Shown: positions 54,531 through 64,000 of the stretch, in pieces | Position numbering within the stretch: the first letter of the stretch is position 1 | How the letters are laid out: the number at the start of each line of letters is the position of its first letter | Position numbers and translations under genes: made by a program | The notes under the pieces: model-generated | The model's input: only the letters and a program-made list of their open reading frames with translations | What the model was told of the DNA's origin: nothing | Databases searched by the model: none | DNA from: Zygnema circumcarinatum SAG 698-1b | Taxonomy: Eukaryota > Plantae > Zygnematophyceae | DNA: 64,000 nucleotides | Assembly: GCA_037447605.1 (NCBI GenBank) | Contig: CM074804.1 | Span: 2,170,001-2,234,000, forward strand | Direction: 5' to 3'

Positions 54531-55900
54531 GCAACGCAGATTCCTATCGTGTCCTGCCTTTCAGAACTTTCTAGAGAGCGTACATTGGGAAGCCGAATGG
54601 CAGCTGTTTTGTGAACGAACTATGAGGCAGGATGAGAAGGGTGAGTTTACTTGCCCATTTCCGTTCACTTCCATGGGTCAATGTTTGGAATGAATGATGG
54701 TTTTTCTGTAGAACCTGTGTGCTATTTGGTTGTTCTCGGCATTACGAGGACTGGTTGGCAGGTCGCCTCAGCGAAATGGATATTGTTCAATTGGGATTTG
54801 AGGTTTGTGGTCTTCCGGGTGATGTGCAGTGTGGAGCCATGCTGTTACTCATACGGGCAGAGGCCTGTCGGAGCGGCTATTGTGAGACACTGCCTTAAGC
54901 CGTGCATCATCGCTGCCATGGTACGCTGTTCTGTTCTGTTTTGTTCTGTTCGGTTCTGACAGTCTGCCATGGTCTGGAAATCTGCCAAATTTTAGCATTA
55001 GTAGTCAACAGTTGGCTTTTCTCAACAGAGCGGGTGGAGCTTCACATTCACTTAAAAGTGCCTTTGTTTTTTTGCACGTTCATTCATTGGGGGCAACTGT
55101 ACGGTGCAGGTGCCGCTGCTCATTCACAAGCAGCCCGCAGGGAAGGCGGCATTCGTATGACGAGCACTGAGACAGTCACAAACGTAGTGCGAGATGATCA
55201 GAGGCGGTTAATTGAGTCGTTGGATGTTGCGGGGAGAGGGAGTCCAGCATTGGTGGAGGGGTAGGCGGAGTTGGTATTCTATTGTTGCTCTCGTCAATTG
55301 AAAGTTGGGATGGCAGAATCTCATGTTGGCCACGCACTTGCTTTGTTGCAATTGTTGTTAGAGATGGGCGGGAGGATATATAAAATCAGTGAGAATGACT
55401 CAATAAGGCATCATGAGTGCATTCGTTTTCTCTTTATCATTGTCAAGTCTTTAGTCCATGTTCATTTGAGAAGGAAAGGATGGGACGATGTTCATTGGCC
55501 GAAATTACATGGCAAACATACCATTCGTGATACATTCAAATTGGGAAGCAAAAAGGATACAAAGATGGTCTTTCGGCCAAATTGAATGGCGAACATCCCA
55601 GTATGAGCTTTCACACGTCCAAGTTGGAAAGGAGAGCCTGACGATGAAGGAGCTTTTTCGCAAACAATTATGCATGGCAGATTCAACAAAAGCCAATGGT
55701 CCGTCCTGTGGATCCGCCTCGCCAGGTCGAGGGAATGACGCAGGCCCAAGGGCGCCGCAGCTCCATGCGCCGCAGTTCGCAGCTCCGTGCGGCGCAACGG
55801 GCTCGCAACAGCGACAGCGACACGCGACCCGCCGCTGCGCTGCCCTGCACTGCTTGAAAGGGGCGAGGGCCCCCTCCTCTCGTCTCTCTTGAGGTTGGAC

Positions 55901-58900
55901 ATGGCGGCCGCGGCCATGGCTGGCACGCGGCGGCTGGGTGCCTGGGGGCTGGCTTCCTTTGTGGCAGTGGCGCTGCTTCTGGGGGGGCGTGGCGTCCAGG
56001 GCCAGGAGGCGGTGGAGCAGGAGGCGGCGGAGCAGAACGCGGGCTATGAGCTGGCCAAACAGTGGGAGACCTACGCGGGCGACCTCTCTGAGGCTCTCAA
56101 AGCCGAGCAGAGTCGCTCGCAGGAACTGGGAAAAGGTGTGGAGAGTCTCAAACTGCGCGTCGCCACACTGGGTGAGTCTTCTGCCGGGGTTCTTCCTGGT
56201 TTTTGGCTTTCCCTTTGAAGGAATTGACGGAGAAACAAAGCGAGCTGCAGCAAGGTGCATCTTCCATGTGAATATGGAAGATTGCCTAACGTATTCGTGC
56301 GCAACTGAAAACGATCGAGTTTCTCAATCTGCGAGATCTTGACCTGCTCCATTGTTGTCGTGAATTGGAGAATTTGCAATCAAATTATCTGGCCACTCTC
56401 TATCGTGTTCCATAGCAGCTATGCACAAGTAGAACTGAGGAATTTCAGGGCTTCAGATTCCATGACCCTGTACTTGAGATATTTAAACTGCGACTCTAGG
56501 ATGATAAATGGCGTAGCATGGGATGATTTATGTAAACAGCAGGATTAAGGCAGATTTATAATCATTGATTGGTATGTTTCTTCACTTGCGTCGTTGCATA
56601 TGGTCATGACGAGTTTTAGGGAGCAATTAATTTTCAAGTTCTGTTCTGAAGCTCGCAGCAACTGATGAGAATTAAAGATACGTATCAATTGGATGCTATT
56701 CAAATTAGACACTAACCGAAGTACGTGGATGGATGCAGAGGCCTTGTTGAAGGAGAAAGAGGATTCTGTTAATTCAATGGCAAGGGAGAGCGCTAAAGTT
56801 TCGGTGAGTCTCCAGCCGTAATTCTCTTGCAAGAGTATTAGTTGTTCCAATTTAATTTTAGAAAAAGAATCGTTTCTCGCTCGTGCAGCAGCCTAAACAA
56901 TGTGGTCCAAATGTAATCACTGGACTATCAGTGTTCCCATAATGATTGATAGATTGTCAGGAGGCTGTAAAAGTTTACAAGATTGGGGCACGTTGAATGT
57001 GGTTGAGATCATGCAAGAGTTGCTGTGAACATGCAGTCGACGTCGGTGGAGGAATTACAGAAGCAGTTGAAGGAGGCGCAGGAGAAGGCTGACGTGGCTC
57101 GGGAGGCTCTGGTATGCCATGCCTATACAGCATTTACATGTATTAGTTGTTGTCATCTGTAAGGATTCTTGGCGAACTTGATGGACAAAATCTACTTCAT
57201 GCGAGGCATATACGCAGTTGCGGTACATAATAAAAATTGCTAAAATCAATTCTCTTTGCGTGGGAATAGTAGTAGTAATTCTCTATCCGGTGCTTTTCTT
57301 TGGCATAGTAAGCAATGCGCGCACGCTTTACTTTGCACGCTAGTGTTAACGAGCTGAAGCAGCACATGTGAATAACGAATATCAATCAGATCAGACCCCA
57401 CGTCGAGAAACCTGCGATAATATTATCCGTCTGGTCGGATATGAAATTGTCGAAACCGTTTATAGGATATGGAAATGGCAAATATCTACTTACAGTCCAT
57501 CCGACGACATAGTTCATATACTGATTCCTCTTGTCGATTGCAAAACCCACAGAAGCATTCGGGTGTACTTTATGCTTGCAGGAGGAGAAAGTAAAAGATT
57601 TGCAAACCAGGCAGACCAGCTTGAAAGAACGAGCAGAAGAAGCTGAGAAGGTATAGCATGTCTCCTTAAGGCCAGGTCTCTTTGTTTGCGGGTCAATGCT
57701 TTTTTTTCTCAGAAAAAGCACCCAGTCTCCAGGCCTGCCGGTTGGCAGTTCTTCGCAAGTTGGTCCATGTTCATTCCTGTACCAAGTTGATGCGGCTACA
57801 GAGTGTAGGACTGCTGGCGGTTGGACATCGTAAAGGTCATCAAAAGGTATTCATTTTGACACTATTTCATACTTTCTGCAGATTGCCAGTGAAGTAAAGG
57901 AACTGAAGGAGAAATTGGCGGATGAAACCGTTCTGAAGAACGGCAAGGTTGGTGTTTTGTCTGGTCCCATGTGTGCACTTTTGCCATGAGAATTGAGTTG
58001 AACCTCAGCCAATTTTAGGGATGTGTTATTGCATGCGAAAAACGTTGACATGGCAGTGATTCATCTAGGATAGGGCAGCTTGAATATGCTTGGTAATCAA
58101 GTGGCAAAACTTGTAATATGGGAGCGTCATTCTTAGCAAGGCAATGGTTCCTTTGCCAGGTTGTGGAGGTGAAGCAGCTGCAGGCCCAGATTGTGAAGCT
58201 ACAAGAAGGTACCAAGAAGGTGAGTCATCGCGTTATGAAGAGGGGCAAGTCAAGGCAATTCATCCTTCAGCTGGCAAGCTCTTTTCTGCATGCTCTCTGA
58301 TGTTGTGGAGTCCGTTCCTATCATTGGTCCTTTCCAGGCAGAAGCAGAAGCTGAGGAGTACAAGCGGAAGCTGGAGGTGACAGAAATAGCTCTCGCCTTC
58401 GCCCGTGTGAGTTGCCCCAATTATTCCTCCGCAGGGTCTCACCTTATGTAGATTTCTGCCGCTACTTCGTCCCGTTCCAGCATCCATCTACGTGCGCTTG
58501 CAGTGCTGACAGTCGCGTTTTGGTTATTGGCTTCCTTCTGCTCTTTGCTTTTTGTTCCTGGATTTAGCCACCATTCTTCGCGTTTTTTTGAAGAAAGCGC
58601 ATTGTATGATATCCTTGAGCACTGAAGTGCAAAGCAAGCTGTATAATAAACGTAGTTGAATATTTGCAGCCAATGCAGAGAGACCGATCTGGATTGCAGA
58701 CTGGGCATAGAATGTGGCAGAAACTGAATGACGACTGGAAAACATGCAAGATCTACGAGGAGACTCCTCCTCTTACATTATTGTGTGGCTTTGTTTTGGG
58801 TGCAGGAATCAGCGCTCGTTGCAGAAAAGGACGCTGCAGCCAAAGCTGTAGAGCTTCAGAAGGCATGTCCTCATCCCCTTCTGGCATTGTTCGGTGATCT

Positions 58901-61527
58901 CTCCTTCATGGTTGTCTATTCTTACTTGATGCATTGTCAACGTTTGAAGGTTGCATGAGTACAGGAAACCTATGTCCTTGCATGTGGACTAGCAAAGATC
59001 TTCCTGGGCATCATCAGCTGTTCTATGCAGTGTTTGCAGCATAACCTATGCGCTGCCAGCTGCTGTACCTTTGAAGTTAGCAGGGCTATTGCGATTGCTG
59101 GTTTTCTCCTTTCCCGCTTGCTATCCTTTCTTGCCCTGATATGGGGTCGCGGATGTTGTTCATGTAGGTGGCCGGCAGCGTGCTGCCCCCATGGGCGGTG
59201 GCGAGAATTGCGGCGCTGCAGGTGAGGGCTGCAGACTGCCTGAGGTGCCTCACCTGTCTGCGTCCGAACATGACTTGTAAATGGGCTGATGTTCTGCACA
59301 AGCTGTAGGCAGACCTGTCGGGAAACTTAACTTGTTGACAGTGCATTCAATCCAGGAAGGGGAATGACGAAATCATCCGATGATGGGCTGATTAGCAGTT
59401 TTTTCAAATGATGTGTTTGAGATTTCTATGGCAAAAACTGGCACAAACTGATTGCAGAGGTTTCTGTTGAAGCAGAGCCGCACAGCTCGTCAGTGGAGGA
59501 CTCACGGGGAGCCTGCTGTCAATTTCGCGCTGAAGGAGGTGAGAGAGCTTCAGTCCTTTGTTGCTTGGACGCAGTCATTCGTAGGCAATACAATCAAGCG
59601 TGACATATGCGTAAAAGGTCCATCCTTCACTGTAATTTTTCCTTCTTGTTAGCTTTTATGAGACAGACCCGGAAGTTGCTTGTATTTCTCATTTATCTCG
59701 CGTTGTGAAAGCTATATTCCCTTGCACTAGCTCAATAGAAACGAGCACTCGACCTTTGAAAAAATTCTGGTTAGTTCAAATGACTCAGTGTACGTTTGGA
59801 AAATGGTGGTAGGCTGCTCGCGGTGGCGCGGCAGTGCAGAAATGGGCGGATCCCTACATCTCTGCCATGCGAGCGGTGCGGTTACAAACCTTTCTCCTCC
59901 CGCAACTAGCAGCTGTCATGCTGCAGGCGGCCAAACGAGTACTGAAACTTGCGTTTGAAATGTCTTTTATCTCAACTTAGGTCACGCCTGTGTGCTTGTG
60001 CAATGGTTTTGGAAACTATTATATTATATGGTCCCATGTCTCATACTAGTCTATTTTCCAGGCTCTATTTCAGTGGCAAGGAAACCCGATGATTGGAGGC
60101 AGAGCAATTTCGTGCTAACCGGGATGAGAGGTCGTATGACTTCTGGCAGGCCGCCGGGCAATCAATTCAAGCAGCGGCAGATTTCCTTCAGCCTGCCAAG
60201 CAGGCCCTGCAGCAGGTAGGACCCATCCATCTATGCGCAATGCTCAGATTGTGGCGTGCCCTATTTACAATAAGGCCATCCCAAGGCAGTCAGGCCGCTT
60301 TGTGTGAGGGTGACAAGCATCCATTGCACTTCATAGCACGAGGATATTTCTGTTTGCCGACTATGCTCCTAGGTGGCTGCCTGCGTCTGCAGAAGGTGGC
60401 TCCCGTGCTGCAGAAGAGCTGGAATAAGACGGCCACTGTGCTGAGGCCGCATGTGGAGGCTGCCCATGGGCATGCGCTGCGCGGCTATCAGGCGGCTGCA
60501 GACTTCATCACTCCGCACGCCATAAAGCTAGCAAAGATGAGCGAGCCGTATGTGCAGGTGTGTTTCTTGACTGCAAGAGAGCCAGGGGCTCTGCGGAAAT
60601 GATCCGTAGAAGTTGGATTTTCACAAACACCACTAGTTCCCCACGTTGTATATAGAATATGGACGACTCTCCTTTCCCAGTCGTTTTCAGTTACTGTCGG
60701 ACTGGAGCTCTCAATGATGGCCTCAGGATGCAGTGAAGTGTCGTGACTGACCTCCAGTTAAAGTACATGCACAGGTGGTCGGCGAAAGGGTGGGTCCCCA
60801 TGCGGCAAGGGTAAAAAGCGCCCTAGGGCCCCATGTGGAGGCTGCGCGGGGGGTGGCCTCGGCCTACCACGAGCATCTCCAGGAGCGCGTGAGGACGGTG
60901 GTGCAGGAGCATGGCGGCGCTATCAGTCCCTCGCTCGTCTGGCATGCGGTGAGGCGTTGTGAGAATCTCGCATTGACCTCTTTGGTTTAGCGCTCTTAAA
61001 GAGCCCGCAAACCTCACACAGGCTTGGGGGGGAGGGGGAGGGGGTGGCAGGCGACTGTCCTGCTTGTGCTGCCGTTGTTTCTTGTCATTATCATCAGCTG
61101 GCCCGTTTTGAGGTGAGTGTACCTGCTCTCTCTTTGCTGGGAAGGAGAGCGATTTCTGGTCTGGGGTTCATTTGTGGTTTTTAGGGTGGAGCTAGAATTC
61201 CATGCACAATTCACCGTCGTGCCGCTGCATATACTACTAGATATCTACTCAGACGGACCAAGAAAATAAGGGATTTCTGTGAGGCGAGAAGAGGAGCAGC
61301 TGGGCAACTAATGCATGCTTGCGCACACAGCTTTTGGAAGCGCATAGTGTAGGGCAAAAGTGATACCGTAGGGGACAAAGCCGCTGGCGTGAAGATGCAA
61401 GGGTACCCGCTGACACGCCATGGCGAGGTTGCTCTTGTGCAGAGGTCTGCGGAAGGAGGGCGAGAAGGCAGCAAAGCGCACTCACACCGTTGCCCACAAG
61501 AAGCACCGGCGACCTCGCCGCGAGTAG
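55901..61527 (+). CDS. Signal-peptide, long coiled-coil, C-terminal TM protein (At2g24420/At4g31340 myosin heavy chain-related family)
   Basis: N-terminal signal FVAVALLLGGRGVQG, many short E/K/A-rich exons, VAGSVLPPW, QWRTHGEPAV, QKWADPY, TM segment ATVLLVLPLFLVIIISWPVL and basic tail THTVAHKKHRRPRRE* (TAG 61525-61527). Confidence 0.75.
58863..59167 (+). other. GC-AG intron in the coiled-coil gene
   Basis: CAGAAG|GCATGT...TGTAG|GTG GCC gives KAVELQK|VAGSVLPPW in phase 0; the nearby GT donor is out of phase. Confidence 0.65.
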
Positions 61528-61790
61528 AAGGCCAAGGAAAATTGAATGCTTTGAATGTTTTGCAGAACTCTCACACCATTTCTTGAAGGCATCTTCTTAA
61601 TGCTGTGTAAATTCCTATTCTGTATTGCAGTACAACCCATTAACCTGAACTGGAGCAATGCTGTTGCGTCCTTTCCTAATGTTCAAAATGATGAAAAAGT
61701 GACAGAAATGCTACTCGAATTCAGACCAATGGTCCTAAATGAGCAACTGAAGGCCATCCACTAAAAATTAATAACCGTTGCTAGCAGCGG

Positions 61791-63791
61791 CTACACCCCA
61801 GGACTAAGCGTCTCGCTCCCTACGCGCCCGATGGTGTGGTCGGTGTTCCCCACCCTCACCCCGCGGAGGGCTGCATCGCGTCGAACGCGGGTTCCGTCCT
61901 CCGTGGGCGGCGAGGGCGGAGGTGCAGAGTACGGCTTGAGGGCGCTGAGACGGCCGTGCGTCATCTGCAGGGCCTTGGTCGTGGGGCTGAGCAGGATGAG
62001 GTCCTCGAACTCGCGGTCCCAGAACACGTCCCCGTCGTGGACGCTGTACAGCGCGTGCCCGAACACGGGCTGCATGGACGACCGCTCGAAGGCGTTCACC
62101 GTGAGGCTGAATGATGCATCCTCGGCCAGCAGCGTCTGCCCCCTCCCCCGCCCCCGACAATTGCTGCAATATGGTCACTCGTGTCACTTAAAATGGATCC
62201 ACTCTTTAAACGTGAGAACAAGGTGAGCCCCTGCCAGAAATTTCGGCCGACGATACTCTTCCCCAATTTCGAAGAGAAAGTAAGGACGTTCATTAGGACA
62301 TCAAAGAAACCCCAAAAGCCAGGCATACCTCTTGATCGCATCGCCCATACAGCGGGCTGCTTTCATCGATGATGTGTCGTAGCAGCATGCCGTAGCGCAG
62401 ATATGACGCCTCCGCACGCACTAGAGGCAGCTTAGCATGCATCGCAAAGTGGGAATCCTGGCCGGGCACTTTCACAAAGCGGCGCATGGAGAGGTCGAAC
62501 TTGGCGTCAATCAAACAGTGTGGACTCGGACCAACCAGCACACAGCGAGCCAAGAACGCCCTGCACCCACCTGCCCCCACCCTCCTCTCACAGTGACTTC
62601 CTGGCTCCCACCATTCACTCTGCCTGAAGCCGCCTGCACAAGGGAAAATGAGGTCGATACAGCCGGTACGCCTTTGTTGGCCTATGCTATTGTTTGCATT
62701 GTACATTGGAATGGGGACAAATGCCACAGAGCAAGCCACGGAAAGTGCTGCAGCAAGAAGGATCGAGTATGGGTCATGGCTTGCCCTCCACGCACTTTGG
62801 CTTGGGTCCACTCCCTTCATCGCTGAATGCATTAGCTAAAGTGTCCTGCGCAATCAGGGCCACCTTCGAGAAGCGAACTGGTGGAACAGGTTGTGCAAGT
62901 CGCTGAAACACTGGATAGCCCATACACACAAAGCCCAATAAGCTGGAGAAAATACATAAGGCTGAATGAGAATAGACGGGCAAGAGTAAGGGTCTAAGTG
63001 CATCTCAGTCATACGAGAGAATATCCAGACGCCCCAGGACTGGATAAAGATAGACAAAAGGAAACGGGGAGAGGAGGGAGGAGGGAGGAAGAGCTAGCTT
63101 CAATAGCTTGCCATGCTGGCGGTAAGAAGCAAACTTGAAAAAAGGAACTTTTCTTTTTTTGTTTGTAAGTTTTCAAAAAAAAAAGAAATTGCCCTAAAAG
63201 ACGCAGCTTTACTAATTTTATAAGGTAACTCAGATTTCAGTCGGCAATTTAAGTTCGACAAAGGATGAATAGAAAAATATGTCAAAGAGCGAGGTTTCTA
63301 ATCTTTTTCTTTCTTTTTCTACTTGCTCATCAATTTTTTTCTTTTATCTTTTCTGAAAGCTTGTTCTCGTGGTATAAATAATTTGCTTTTCCTGATAAAG
63401 CTTTTGCAAATGGAAAAATTGCCCGGTCTGTAATTGATTGACGTGATGAGAGATGTGATGATGTGAAAGGTGACGACAAACCTGCTCCGCTGAGAAAGAC
63501 AAAGAGGAGCTGTGCACAGAGGGTGTTCAGATTTGCGATAAGGACTGCATAGGGTGACTGCACTTCCACTGCGCCGCCTCCTAAAGTGGTAGACAGTGAG
63601 AGACTGTAGAAGAAGACGTGAAGCCGTGTCTCGCCCACCACATCTACTATGGCTCGCGTCCACCCACTTGGCTGATAGCCTCCATAAGCAATGCGCAGAC
63701 CTTCAGGATCGAGAAGATACAGGCCAGTGAAAACGAGGCTCAGAAGCGGAGCCCCCGAAAGTAAACAGAGGAAGAACGTGGGTAAAGACAT
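61791..63791 (-). CDS. Inward-rectifier (Kir/IRK-type) potassium channel homologue, 5'-partial
   Basis: M1 MSLPTFFLCLLSGAPLLSLVFTGLYLL; pore FFYSLSLSTTLGGG; M2 YAVLIANLNTLCAQLLFVFLSGA|VFQRLAQP...VRFSKVALI; cytoplasmic domain CLIDAKFDL, LLRHIIDESSPLYG and FWDREFEDLI, matching the Kir HxIDExSPLY and IxWGHRFxDI motifs. TAG at 61793-61791. The N-terminal exon(s) probably lie beyond the window. Confidence 0.85.
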
Positions 63792-64000
63792 CTGCAAAAA
63801 CAGAACAGAAAGAACCATTCCAAGTTCAATAGCACGCCCAGCACGGGTGCAAAAAGGAACAGTCTCTCTCCACAGTTCGCCTACAGCTGCATACATTCCA
63901 CGATCACAGAAAAGAGCAGCTCTGCGCCCCACACGTCCGCAACACGCCGCCAATTCCCCCCCACAAAAGCAGCCCTAACATTCGCAGTTTCCGCCTGAGG

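Noticed and set aside
58609-58616. ATATCCTT, a U12 AT-AC donor consensus
   Set aside because: It lies mid-intron within a normal GT-AG intron, with no matching branch point/AC acceptor or exon that needs it.

Overview
Eukaryotic, intron-rich nuclear DNA from a green plant. It is most likely a streptophyte alga or early-diverging land-plant lineage; this is inference from plant-specific orthologues occurring alongside a Kir channel and a PRUNE homologue. I assembled 13 spliced protein-coding genes by eye, in order: a partial plastid-targeted gene at the left edge, a LIP1/LIP2-type lipase, an AT3G12590-like conserved protein, ubiquitin-RPL40, a PRUNE/DHH-DHHA2 homologue, Z-ISO, MetAP2, a CCCH-TRM2 tRNA methyltransferase, a cytosolic-type phosphoglucose isomerase, STK19, TKI1, an At2g24420/At4g31340-like coiled-coil membrane protein, and a 5'-partial inward-rectifier K+ channel. 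Ten of the 13 sit in head-to-head pairs. Non-coding features include an intronic H/ACA snoRNA candidate, a 385-bp hAT-type MITE, a TTAGGG array in a bidirectional promoter, tandem repeats and three GC-AG introns. The most notable observations are (1) a Kir channel whose filter reads TTLGGG instead of TxGYG, (2) a PRUNE homologue lacking most metal-binding residues, and (3) a cytosolic-type PGI with spliced upstream exons encoding an apparent plastid transit peptide. All family assignments come from motif recall and were not checked against databases. CDS coordinates are gene spans including introns. Most short ORFs in the six-frame track are exon fragments or artefacts of GC-rich sequence.
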